64,000 nucleotides of DNA from Clostridia bacterium. Its GTDB lineage: Bacteria; Bacillota; Clostridia; Oscillospirales; CAG-272. The notes below the pieces were generated by a model. The model was not told the DNA's origin. It saw nothing but the letters and a program-made list of their open reading frames with translations, and did no database searches. The translations under genes and the position numbers were made by a program. Within the stretch, counting starts at the first letter, position 1. Each line of letters opens with the position of its first letter. This document shows, one piece after another, positions 49,032 through 58,534 of this stretch. The DNA is taken from NCBI GenBank assembly GCA_017937135.1, contig JAGBEE010000020.1:142296-206295 (forward strand), written 5' to 3'.

Positions 49032-49711
49032 CCTTCAATAGTTAAATATTTGTTTATTTTTTCAAGTGAAGATTTTTCGATTCTCGACACATATGATCTT
49101 GATATACCTAACCTTTGCGCAACCTCTCTTTGTGTATAAGCTTGTGTATTGCCTATTCCGTATCTCATTACGAGAATTGTTTTTTCGCGGTCGTCAAGAT
49201 TGTCTCTTATATATCCTAAGGCTTTATTAATCTTTATTTTTTTATCAATATCATCAGCTATTGTATCCTCTGTGCTAATTATATCAAGATATGTCAATGG
49301 ATTTCCGTCCTTGTCAATATCAATAGTGTCATTTAACGACACCTCACATCCCAACTTTTTTTGACTTCTAAATAGCATTAAAATTTCATTTTGTATACAT
49401 TTTGCTGCATAGGTTGCAAATCTTGTTCCATTTGAATCATTGTATGAATCTACAGCTTTTATAAGGCCTATTGTTCCTACTGATATTAAATCATCTGTAT
49501 TTTTATTTGTTACATAATACTTTCTAACTACGTGTGCAACCAAGCGCAAATTATGCTCGATAAGCTTATCGCGAGCGTTACTATCACCTTTTTTGTGAAG
49601 CTCAAAGTATTTAGCTTCATCCTCCCTTGAGAGCGCCGGTGGAAATTTTTGAATCGGCTCCACTCCTAAAATCATAAATGCAATTTGTAAAATCATTGAA
49701 AAAATTCCCAT
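49028..49711 (-). CDS. sigK: sporulation sigma factor K (pro-sigma-K), uninterrupted
   Basis: [43 protein letters not shown] aligns with B. subtilis SigK ([43 protein letters not shown]). A hydrophobic pro-sequence is present, and region 4 reads [11 protein letters not shown]. Confidence 0.9.
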   Translation of the reverse strand: [227 protein letters not shown]

Positions 49712-49856
49712 ATAATCACCTCGTTAAATATTATTTAGAAAAAGTAATTATATTGCTTGTCAGGAAAATTTTTATATCAATTATTCTGCATATTAACTTG
49801 TCTTTTGCAAAAAATATGAATGAACAATATGTTCAAATATCATGGAGGAAAATTCT

Positions 49857-50072
49857 ATGTTAATAGATAAGATCGCTCTTTCTATTCTTATCATAGGCGG
49901 TATCAACTGGGGCAGCGTTGGTTTATTCAGCTTCGACATAGTAGCTTGGATATTCGGCGGTAGCGATAGTATAGGTGCAAGAATTGTCTATGTGGTAGTT
50001 GCTCTATGCGCTCTTTGGTGCATCTCTCTTCTTTTTAGAGAAAGCATGGTTCGAGAAGAAACGGAAAGATAA
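49857..50072 (+). CDS. DUF378 small membrane protein (71 aa)
   Basis: GGAGG SD 8 nt before ATG 49857. IALSILIIGGINWGSVGLF...YVVVALCALW gives the two-TM DUF378 pattern. Confidence 0.7.
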   Translation: MLIDKIALSILIIGGINWGSVGLFSFDIVAWIFGGSDSIGARIVYVVVALCALWCISLLFRESMVREETER

Positions 50073-50076
50073 TAAT

Positions 50077-50109
50077 AAAACAGACCGCTTAACAAACGGT
50101 CTGTTTTAT
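50077..50109. terminator. bidirectional terminator
   Basis: acagaccg...cggtctgt stem followed by TTTT, between convergent genes. Confidence 0.8.
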
Positions 50110-51275
50110 TCTAATATAGGCTTTTTTGAATATATATCCTTTAATTTCACTGGATTTTTTAAAAACGATGAAAAAAAGCCATATATTTCATAATTCTTTT
50201 CAAGCAAATGTTTTTGCTCTACAGAGAGATTTTTACCATCAGAATGCTTTGTTATTATGGTGAAATTATTATTTTTCCTTGTCTTATTTATAATTTTTTT
50301 GCCATTATTATTAGCAGCTAATAATAGTGTAAAGTTGGGGACTTTTTCAATTGCTTTTATACCAAAAACAGTATATAATATTACTCTTTTTATTCTTGAG
50401 CTAGTGTATGCCTTGGAGCTTAGTCCCTCTATAAAGTCATTTGCCGTTTTTGAATTAGAGGCACTTTCTTTTATTATCGCTCCAATCTCTTTATTGCTAT
50501 CAAATGCTTCATCAAATAAAAATCTCGGAGTAATTAAAGCATACTTATAAATAAAATCATTAAATGCTCTTTCGTCTAATACATTTCCATCATTTATTTC
50601 ATTTTCATAAAGACTTTTAGCATCGCATGGAACAGATAATAACTTACCATTCTCTTTGAAATTTTTTCGAATTGCAGTAGCAGACATTGTTTCGCATATA
50701 TTTTCATCATTATAATTGGCGCCTTTTCTTTGTATAGCCTTATACTTCATATCTGAATTTAATGCTTTAATGGCTCTTATATACTCTAAAGCAAGCATAT
50801 CGTTTGATGTATTTGGAATTTCGTATGACATTCTTTTTAGAGCTCGTTCCTTAGCACTTATAAAGCTTTGATTTTTTTCTAAAAGCTCTTCTTTAAAATA
50901 CTCTTCAAATTCTAATGAATCAAGTGCTTTTGCCACACTTTCGATATGCTCGATATTTTTAGATTCCGTTCCGAAATACAAATAATCGCAGCCAATGTTT
51001 GCAGCTATATTTACACCAGCTCTTGCAAAAATCTCTGCACAAGAGGATGAATAAGGATACGGCAATTCAAAAACAGCGTCAGCACCATATTTAAGCGCAG
51101 CTCTTGCTCTCGTATATTTGTCGAAAATAGCAAATTGTCCTCTTTGAACAGTGCTACCTGACATAATAATAATTATTATAGCATCATCAATCTCTTCTCT
51201 AATTCTATCTATTTGATATTTATGTCCATTATGAAATGGATTGTATTCGCATATTATTCCTATAATTTTTGACAC
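50106..51275 (-). CDS. tmcAL: tRNA(Met) cytidine acetate ligase (YlbM/UPF0348)
   Basis: IGIICEYNPFHNGHKYQI aligns with B. subtilis YlbM VVEYNPFHNGHLYH, and ELPYPYSSSCAEIFARAG with ELPYLYAVQKADIFARG. Confidence 0.85.
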   Translation of the reverse strand: MSKIIGIICEYNPFHNGHKYQIDRIREEIDDAIIIIIMSGSTVQRGQFAIFDKYTRARAALKYGADAVFELPYPYSSSCAEIFARAGVNIAANIGCDYLYFGTESKNIEHIESVAKALDSLEFEEYFKEELLEKNQSFISAKERALKRMSYEIPNTSNDMLALEYIRAIKALNSDMKYKAIQRKGANYNDENICETMSATAIRKNFKENGKLLSVPCDAKSLYENEINDGNVLDERAFNDFIYKYALITPRFLFDEAFDSNKEIGAIIKESASNSKTANDFIEGLSSKAYTSSRIKRVILYTVFGIKAIEKVPNFTLLLAANNNGKKIINKTRKNNNFTIITKHSDGKNLSVEQKHLLEKNYEIYGFFSSFLKNPVKLKDIYSKKPILE

Positions 51276-51321
51276 TGTTATCTCTCCTTTCCAAAAATAT
51301 ATAATTATTTTTTCATAAGAC

Positions 51322-51350
51322 TTGAAATTGTTGTCCTTTTAATATATAAT
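51322..51350 (+). promoter_or_regulatory. sigma-A promoter for ackA
   Basis: TTGAAA, 17 nt, TATAAT. Confidence 0.55.
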
Positions 51351-51404
51351 ATACTTGAAAAATTTTGTTTTGTCAAGAAACATTTAAAATTGGAGGAATT
51401 ATCA

Positions 51405-52664
51405 ATGAAAGTACTTGTAGTAAACGCTGGAAGCTCATCACTCAAATATCAGCTTTTGAACACTGAAACAAAAGAGGTTCTTGGTAAAGGTATTTGCGAA
51501 AGAATCGGTATGTCAGGAAGTCTTATCGACCACAAGCAAGGTGATGGGGTTAAGAGAATCAAAAAGGAGATCCCTATGCCCGACCATTCTGTAGCTACTG
51601 AAATAGTTGTAAGCATGCTTACAGATAAAGAATACGGTTGCATTTCGAATATGGACGAAATTGAAGCTGTAGGACACAGAGTTGTTCACGGCGGTCCTTA
51701 CTTCTTCGAAAGCTGTCTTGTAACAGATGAGGTATTGGAAACTATTAGAAAATGTATTGAGTTTGCTCCATTACATAATCCTGCTCACATTATGGGAATT
51801 GAGGGTTGCCAAAAGGTAATGCCAAATGTTCCACAGGTTGTTGTATTCGATACAGCCTTCCACCAAACAATGGCTCCCGAGGCTTACACCTACGCTCTTC
51901 CTATGGAAATTATAGAAAAAGACCATGTAAGAAGATATGGTGCTCACGGAACATCTCACAAATTCGTTTCTCGCGAAATGAATAAAATTCTCGGCAGAGA
52001 TGATACAAAAATTATTACATGCCACATCGGTAATGGTTCATCCATCTCCGCTGTTAAAAACGGCAAGGTAGTTGATACAAGTATGGGATTTACACCTCTC
52101 GATGGCGTTGAAATGGGTACACGTTGCGGTTCTATTGACCCTGCTATAGTTCCATACATTATGAAAAAGCATAACATTGATGTTGATCACATTGCTGATT
52201 TTATGAACAAGAAGTGTGGCTTCCTTGGTGTATCTGAATATTCATCTGATAGCCGTGATATTGAGGCTGCTATCCGTGGTGAATTCAACGAGGAGCTTCC
52301 TAATTGCCCAACAACAGATGAGGAAAAAGCAAGAGTTACTAAGAATGCAAAGCTTGCTGCTGAAATTCTTGCATACCAAGTTAAAAAATATATTGGATCA
52401 TACTCCGCTGCTATGAATGGTCTTGATGCCATTGTATTTACAGCTGGTATGGGTGAAAACAATCCTGAGCTCCGCGAAAGAGTTTGCAAGGATATGGAAT
52501 ACTTTGGCATCAAGATAGATTTTGATCTCAATGCCAAAACTCTTCGCCAGCCTAACATCGTCGAGCTTTCAACACCAGATTCCAAGGTTAAGGTATATGT
52601 TCTTCCTACAAACGAAGAGCTTATGATAGCTATGGACACAGAAAAGGTTGTTTCCGGTAAATAA
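51405..52664 (+). CDS. ackA: acetate kinase (419 aa from ATG 51405)
   Basis: MKVLVVNAGSSSLKYQL, HRVVHGG, TCHIGNGSS. GGAGG SD precedes the ATG. Confidence 0.95.
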   Translation: MKVLVVNAGSSSLKYQLLNTETKEVLGKGICERIGMSGSLIDHKQGDGVKRIKKEIPMPDHSVATEIVVSMLTDKEYGCISNMDEIEAVGHRVVHGGPYFFESCLVTDEVLETIRKCIEFAPLHNPAHIMGIEGCQKVMPNVPQVVVFDTAFHQTMAPEAYTYALPMEIIEKDHVRRYGAHGTSHKFVSREMNKILGRDDTKIITCHIGNGSSISAVKNGKVVDTSMGFTPLDGVEMGTRCGSIDPAIVPYIMKKHNIDVDHIADFMNKKCGFLGVSEYSSDSRDIEAAIRGEFNEELPNCPTTDEEKARVTKNAKLAAEILAYQVKKYIGSYSAAMNGLDAIVFTAGMGENNPELRERVCKDMEYFGIKIDFDLNAKTLRQPNIVELSTPDSKVKVYVLPTNEELMIAMDTEKVVSGK

Positions 52665-52669
52665 TAAAC

Positions 52670-52695
52670 AAAAGGAGTGAATTTTCACTCCTTTT
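52670..52695. terminator. bidirectional terminator
   Basis: aaaaggagtga attt tcactcctttt. Confidence 0.85.
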
Positions 52696-52699
52696 GTTT

Positions 52700-53134
52700 T
52701 TATATTACACCCTTTTGAAGCATTATATTTGCATATATTGCCTTTTCGCTTGTAGCTATTATTGCATATGCCTTTTTTGCTTCCTCATAAAAAGCAAAGC
52801 GTTCTATCGTTCCAACAGCTTCGCTTCCCCTCTGGTCATACTTTGAAATAATTTCTTTATATGTATCCCAAATAGGAGTCTTTGCATTATCTCCCTTCAT
52901 TACCTCCATAAGCACAGCAGGCTTTGGTACATATGTATCAAGTGGAAAAAGCTGAAGAATAGCATCAAGAATTTCAGGAACTCCGTGTCCATCACATCTT
53001 ATAACAATTGCGTTTTTTCCCATAGATTCTGCTGGAAAATTTCCGTCAGCTATTACTATTCGGTCACTGTGACCCATTTCGCATAAAACTTTTAATAACT
53101 CGGGCGATATTATTGCCGGTATGCCTTTTAACAT
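52700..53134 (-). CDS. fucU: L-fucose mutarotase / RbsD-FucU family
   Basis: MLKGIPAIISPELLKVLCEMGHSDRIVIADGNFPA aligns closely with E. coli FucU. Confidence 0.88.
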   Translation of the reverse strand: MLKGIPAIISPELLKVLCEMGHSDRIVIADGNFPAESMGKNAIVIRCDGHGVPEILDAILQLFPLDTYVPKPAVLMEVMKGDNAKTPIWDTYKEIISKYDQRGSEAVGTIERFAFYEEAKKAYAIIATSEKAIYANIMLQKGVI

Positions 53135-53879
53135 TTTTGTTTCTCCTTATAAATTGTTTATTATCCTTTGCAAATGTAACAGGTATTACATTTTTTGCAC
53201 CGTTTTCATATAGAAGCTTTGCACACGCATATAATGTTGATCCAGTTGTCATTATATCATCAATTAAAAAGTAATTTTTACCATTACCATCAAAATTCTT
53301 TCTTATTTCATATGATTTTTGTGCGTTTAGCTTCCTATCGTTTTTATTTAGCTTCTTTTGTTCCTTTTTTCCTATATTTTTAATTGTCTTTTCAACCTTC
53401 AAGCCGAGTATTTCGCCTATAGCTTTTGCAAGCTTACCAGAATGGTCAAAGCCGTATTTCAAGAAATTATGCATTCTTCTTGGTGTGTAGGTTATAATGT
53501 ATTTTTTGTAATCAATTTTGTGCACTACACAAAGCGATATTATAGCCTTTGCCATTCTTTTGGCACACATATTTATTATTTCTCTGTTATAATTCTTTTT
53601 TAGCTTAAAAATTATTTCATTTATCTTTTGGTTTTCTCTCGGATCATAAAACACGCACCAAGCAGCAAGTGAATCATTTATTTGCTTCACCTGTGAAGGA
53701 AGACATGTACAACCATTTCTATCATATCCGCACACATGACATTTAGCCTTTAAAAAGGCATTCCATTTTTCTATACATTCTTCACAAAACGGTTCATCTT
53801 CATCATATGATATCGCTTCCTTACAAATCAAGCATATTCTTGTTAAAAATGCACGCTTTAAAATTTCTAACAGTTTCAT
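53064..53879 (-). CDS. comFC: ComF-family protein (zinc-finger N-terminus plus phosphoribosyltransferase domain)
   Basis: CxxC pairs (CLICKE, CEEC, CHVC), PRT motif FLIDDIMTTGST. ATGA overlap with the recD2 stop; the 3' end overlaps fucU by 71 nt. Confidence 0.8.
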   Translation of the reverse strand: MKLLEILKRAFLTRICLICKEAISYDEDEPFCEECIEKWNAFLKAKCHVCGYDRNGCTCLPSQVKQINDSLAAWCVFYDPRENQKINEIIFKLKKNYNREIINMCAKRMAKAIISLCVVHKIDYKKYIITYTPRRMHNFLKYGFDHSGKLAKAIGEILGLKVEKTIKNIGKKEQKKLNKNDRKLNAQKSYEIRKNFDGNGKNYFLIDDIMTTGSTLYACAKLLYENGAKNVIPVTFAKDNKQFIRRNKNVKRHTGNNIARVIKSFMRNGSQ

Positions 53880-56092
53880 TTCTCTTTTACCAATAAGCGT
53901 GCAAGATTTGTGTTTCTGCAAATTTGAGTATTGTTTTCTATCATATTGAAAAATGTTTCCTTGTCACCTATCAATATTGCTACTTTTTCTGCTCGTGTAA
54001 TTGCGGTATATATTAGATTTCTCGTTTGTAATATTGGAGGACAAGCCCTTGATATAGGAATTATAACTATTGGATACTCACTCCCCTGACTTTTGTGTAC
54101 GGTTATAGCATATGAGAGCTCTACCTCATCAAGGTCGCTATGCATATATTCAACCAATCTTCCTGAAAAATCGGTTTTTACTATTTTATCATCAATTTCA
54201 TTTATTATTCCTATATCACCATTAAATATTCCTTGCCCTGAAATATCGAAGCCATCTCTTTGGTCTATCCATTCAATTTCATAGTTATTCTTGGTTTGCA
54301 TCACCTTATCGCCAAGCCTAAAGATTTTGTTTTGTCCATGCTTGATTTCATTTTCAGATGCCTTTTGTGGATTTAAAACCTCTTGTAGTATATAATTTAG
54401 ATTTACAGTTCCGTTCAGTCCTTTTTTAGTAGGGGTTATTACTTGTATGCCTTCCTTTACCGTTTCATTATACTTTTTGGGCAATCTCTCTTTACAAAGC
54501 TGGGCTATAAATGGTGGTATTTCATCATCGCTTTTCTGTATAAAGAAAAAATCATCGAATTTTTCCTTCAAATCGGGATAAACACCATTATTTATCTTGT
54601 GTGCATTAACAACTATTCCGCTATCCTGTGATTGTCGAAAAATTTCATTCAAACAAACAGTTGAAAAGACTTCTGATTTTATAATGTCATTTAATACATT
54701 TCCTTCACCCACTGAGGGGAGTTGGTTAGTATCACCTATTAAAACAAGTCGAGCACCTGTTTTTAATGCCATTAACAGCGAATTCATCAACCCAACATCG
54801 ACCATAGAGGTTTCATCAACTATTATAACATCCTCTAGAAGTGGGTTGTCTTTATTAAAATTGAAGCGATTCTTTTCTTGTATTTCTCCCATAGGGGCAA
54901 CATCTAGTAATCTATGTATTGTTTTCGCCTCGTGCTGAGTTGATTCACTCATTCTTTTAGACGCTCTACCTGTTGGGGCACATAGTGCACATTTCATACC
55001 AAGCTTCTCATAAATTTTAAGTAGAGCTTTAATTACAGTTGTTTTTCCTGTACCAGGCCCCCCTGTTAAAACAAAAACTCCGTTAGAAAGAGACTCAAAA
55101 ATCGCCTTTTTTTGCAAATGAGCGTATTTTATTCCGTCAGCTTTTTCCATATCAGTAACTACATAATCTATATTAGAATCATTCAGGTGTGAAGCGTGCT
55201 TATCAAGATATCGTAAGCGCTTTGCTATATTTATTTCGGCAAAATAAAGTTCTTCAAGCGCTACACACGCTGAATTTTCTATATTTAAAGAGCATACCCC
55301 TGCAACTGAGCACCCATTTTTAAAAAGCTCATTTACCTTGCCTATTTCGATTTCTAAAAGCTTAGAAACACTATCCTTTAATATTTCTTCTTTTACATAC
55401 GTATGACCATCGCGAGAAGCATATATGCTTAATACATACCTTATTCCCGCTTCTATTCTGTTTATATTTTCTCTGGAAATTCCGAATGATAAGGCTATTT
55501 CATCAGCTCTTTTAAAACCAACTCCAAAATCCCCTGTGCATAGTACATATGGATTTTCTCTTACGATTCCAAGAGCGTTTCTTCCCCATTTTTTATGTAT
55601 CTTTACTGCGCTATCTGTTGATAATACCCCATTAGATAGAGCCATTAACTCTCTTATATCGGCCTTTTCTTTAAAATCGAAGCTCATATCATAAGCTTTT
55701 TTTCTTGAAATTCCATTAATTTGAGCGAGCCAGTCTGGATGATTTGCAATAACATCAAAGCTATCCTCGCCATATTGCTCAACTATTTTTTTAGCGATTT
55801 TGGGTCCGATGCCCTTTATAGCTCCAGAGGATAAATATCTTAAAATACTATTTTTTTGCTTTGGCAAGACTTTTTTGTAATCTTCAACCTTAAATTGCTT
55901 TCCATGCTCCTTGCTTGATACCCAAGTCCCATCAGCTTCTATTCCCTCACCAACAGAAATATATGGCATAATTCCTACTATTGTAATAGCTTCGCCACCA
56001 TCAGTACAAATATCGCATACACTATACCAGCTCTCAGGGCTTTGATATATAATTTTTTCAACTGTTCCGTTAATATGTATATACTCTGCCAT
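53876..56092 (-). CDS. recD2: RecD2-type SF1 DNA helicase
   Basis: 738 aa. Walker A GGPGTGKTT, DETSMV, GDTNQLPSVG, and a C-terminal AITVHKSQGSE block. Confidence 0.9.
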   Translation of the reverse strand: MAEYIHINGTVEKIIYQSPESWYSVCDICTDGGEAITIVGIMPYISVGEGIEADGTWVSSKEHGKQFKVEDYKKVLPKQKNSILRYLSSGAIKGIGPKIAKKIVEQYGEDSFDVIANHPDWLAQINGISRKKAYDMSFDFKEKADIRELMALSNGVLSTDSAVKIHKKWGRNALGIVRENPYVLCTGDFGVGFKRADEIALSFGISRENINRIEAGIRYVLSIYASRDGHTYVKEEILKDSVSKLLEIEIGKVNELFKNGCSVAGVCSLNIENSACVALEELYFAEINIAKRLRYLDKHASHLNDSNIDYVVTDMEKADGIKYAHLQKKAIFESLSNGVFVLTGGPGTGKTTVIKALLKIYEKLGMKCALCAPTGRASKRMSESTQHEAKTIHRLLDVAPMGEIQEKNRFNFNKDNPLLEDVIIVDETSMVDVGLMNSLLMALKTGARLVLIGDTNQLPSVGEGNVLNDIIKSEVFSTVCLNEIFRQSQDSGIVVNAHKINNGVYPDLKEKFDDFFFIQKSDDEIPPFIAQLCKERLPKKYNETVKEGIQVITPTKKGLNGTVNLNYILQEVLNPQKASENEIKHGQNKIFRLGDKVMQTKNNYEIEWIDQRDGFDISGQGIFNGDIGIINEIDDKIVKTDFSGRLVEYMHSDLDEVELSYAITVHKSQGSEYPIVIIPISRACPPILQTRNLIYTAITRAEKVAILIGDKETFFNMIENNTQICRNTNLARLLVKEK

Positions 56093-56162
56093 ATATCCTC
56101 CCGTGCTTTTATAGTGTTCTTTTTTATTTTACCATATAGTAATTACCAATTCAAGCAAGTAC

Positions 56163-56195
56163 AAAAAAATCCCGAAAAATTTCGGGATTTTTTTG
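56163..56195 (-). terminator. metK terminator
   Basis: atcccga...tcgggat stem flanked by an A-run and a T-run. Confidence 0.85.
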
Positions 56196-56196
56196 A

Positions 56197-57372
56197 TTAT
56201 TTAAGTAATTCCTTCTTAATTTGCTCTGCAAGGTCTGTTTTTTCCCATGGCAAATCAAGATCCTCTCTGCCAACGTGACCATATGCCGCAATTTGACGAT
56301 AAATAGGACGGCGAAGATTGAACTTCTTTATAATTGCACTTGGACGTAAATCTACATTGTTATAAACAAATTCAGAAATCTTTTCTTCATCTACTTTTGC
56401 AGTTCCAAAGGTATCAACCAATACGGATACAGGCTTTGCAACGCCAATTGCATATGCAACCTGAACCTCGCACTTATCAGCAACGCCTGAGGCAACTATA
56501 TTCTTTGCAACATATCTTGCTGCATATGAAGCGCTTCTGTCGACCTTTGTTGGATCCTTTCCAGAGAATGCGCCACCACCATGACGTGAATATCCACCAT
56601 ATGTATCTACAATTATCTTTCGTCCTGTAAGTCCTGTATCTCCACAAGGTCCACCTATAACAAAGCGTCCTGTTGGGTTAACATAAATTTTTGTTTTATC
56701 GTCCATCATACTATGATCAACAATTGGAAGAATAACATACTCTATTATGTCTTTTCTTATTACCTCTAAGGAAACATCAGGGCTATGCTGTGAGGAAACA
56801 ACTATTGCCTCAATTCTAACAGGCTTATCGTCCTCATATTCAATAGTAACCTGAGTCTTACCGTCAGGACGTAAATAAGCTAAAAGACCACTCTTTCTTA
56901 CGTCTGTAAGTCTTTTTGCAAGTCTGTGCGCTAATGAAATAGGAAGTGGCATAAGCTCCTTTGTTTCATTACAAGCATAACCGAACATAAGTCCTTGGTC
57001 GCCTGCTCCGTGCTCCTGCTCACTCTCTCCGTTCTTTGTTTCTGCTGAATTATCAACTCCAAGAGCTATATCTGCTGATTGCTCGTGAATTGATGTTATA
57101 ACTGCGCAGGTATCGCAGTCAAAACCATATTTTGCTCTGTCATAACCAATTTCTCGAACTGTTTCTCTTACAATTGTAGGAATATCTACATATGCCTCAG
57201 TTGTGATTTCTCCCATTACGTTTACAACGCCTGTCGTTACAAATGTTTCGCAAGCAACACGTGAATTAGGGTCCTTTTCAAGCATTGCATCAAGTATAGC
57301 ATCAGAAATTTGATCGCAAATCTTGTCGGGATGTCCTTCTGTTACAGATTCAGATGTAAAAAACTTTCTCAT
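56197..57372 (-). CDS. metK: S-adenosylmethionine synthetase
   Basis: [48 protein letters not shown]. Confidence 0.97.
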   Translation of the reverse strand: MRKFFTSESVTEGHPDKICDQISDAILDAMLEKDPNSRVACETFVTTGVVNVMGEITTEAYVDIPTIVRETVREIGYDRAKYGFDCDTCAVITSIHEQSADIALGVDNSAETKNGESEQEHGAGDQGLMFGYACNETKELMPLPISLAHRLAKRLTDVRKSGLLAYLRPDGKTQVTIEYEDDKPVRIEAIVVSSQHSPDVSLEVIRKDIIEYVILPIVDHSMMDDKTKIYVNPTGRFVIGGPCGDTGLTGRKIIVDTYGGYSRHGGGAFSGKDPTKVDRSASYAARYVAKNIVASGVADKCEVQVAYAIGVAKPVSVLVDTFGTAKVDEEKISEFVYNNVDLRPSAIIKKFNLRRPIYRQIAAYGHVGREDLDLPWEKTDLAEQIKKELLK

Positions 57373-57396
57373 AATTTCTCCTTATTTTATATATCA

Positions 57397-57531
57397 AAAG
57401 CCCACGGAAAATTCCGTGGGCTGACACTTTTTTAGCAAGTCTCATCTCTCGGAATTGGCACCTTGTCGTTATAGATAGGTTGCCGTAACTTCTCAGGGCC
57501 TGTCCCTCCGTTACTCTTGATAAGAATTATA
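57397..57531 (-). promoter_or_regulatory. SAM-I (S-box) riboswitch with terminator, preceded by a TATAAT -10
   Basis: Minus strand reads TATAAT TCTTATCAAGAGTAACGGAGGGACAGGCCCTGAGAAGTTACGGCAACC...AAGGTGCCAATTCCGAGAG, followed by the terminator cagcccacgg aatttt ccgtgggct TTTT (57397-57422). Confidence 0.93.
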
Positions 57532-57584
57532 GCGAAATAAGTATATCATACACTTTTCGTTATTGCAATACTTTTTTTAATTTT

Positions 57585-58520
57585 TTAAATATTTTTTATT
57601 TCTTCGTTAGTTTCACTCTGCTTTTGCTCTTTTTTCGTGGTATATATATAAAACGCAAATGATAGTGCAAAGCCAATTATAAGAAGTAATATGCCAAATA
57701 AAATGTCTTTTAGCATATTATTCCGTGTCCATGTTCTATATATATCCATACAGTCGTTGCCTATAAATACTGAAATCGCAGAGCTTACACTAAGACCACA
57801 AATTACAAAGAAAAATGATGTCTTGGCAGTATTTAATAGCTTGTTTATTATTTTTGAGAATAATAGCGTACCGATTGCAAAGCCTACAACTAAAACCACA
57901 TATACCAGTAGTAGCTTAAAATTTGAAAATAGCTCTATTCCAATTGAACCCATAAGCACAGTGTAATAGCCAAATATCATTAGTAAAACAGTTGCACTAA
58001 GACCCGGAATCAGTTGTGTTAAGGAAATTAGTATTCCTATTATCAAAAACAACAGATAATGTCCTATGCTTACATCTATAAGCGTGTTATCTACACTTAT
58101 AACTAATGAAATTACTGTTATCACCAGGGGAATAATTAAACCACATATAAAAAGTATAGATTTTTTAGGTGTTATTTTTTCTCCCTTTATTTCCTTGAAT
58201 AAAAGGGGGTATGTTCCTACCATAAGTCCAACAAAAAAGCAAATCGAGATAAATGCAAATTTTTCAAGTAAGAATTTAACAAGCAATAGCCCTAATCCAA
58301 AGCCCAATACTATACCAAAAAGTATTGGTAATAAGAATATAACGCAAAGCTTGAACTTTTTAAATATATGGGAAAATGCAAACATCATTTTGTCATAAAC
58401 CTTAAGGACTATGGCAATAGATGATCCACTTATTCCAGGTACGATTACGGATAAACCAATAAAAAATCCTACTACTACGGAAATTAGAATATCCTTAAAA
58501 CTTTTATAGCTTAATTCCAT
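57585..58520 (-). CDS. DUF368 polytopic membrane protein (family linked to polyprenyl-phosphate recycling)
   Basis: 311 aa with about 8-9 TM helices, and duplicated VPGISGSS / IPGLSATV motifs typical of DUF368. Confidence 0.75.
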   Translation of the reverse strand: MELSYKSFKDILISVVVGFFIGLSVIVPGISGSSIAIVLKVYDKMMFAFSHIFKKFKLCVIFLLPILFGIVLGFGLGLLLVKFLLEKFAFISICFFVGLMVGTYPLLFKEIKGEKITPKKSILFICGLIIPLVITVISLVISVDNTLIDVSIGHYLLFLIIGILISLTQLIPGLSATVLLMIFGYYTVLMGSIGIELFSNFKLLLVYVVLVVGFAIGTLLFSKIINKLLNTAKTSFFFVICGLSVSSAISVFIGNDCMDIYRTWTRNNMLKDILFGILLLIIGFALSFAFYIYTTKKEQKQSETNEEIKNI

Positions 58521-58534
58521 TATTTTTCCTACTT

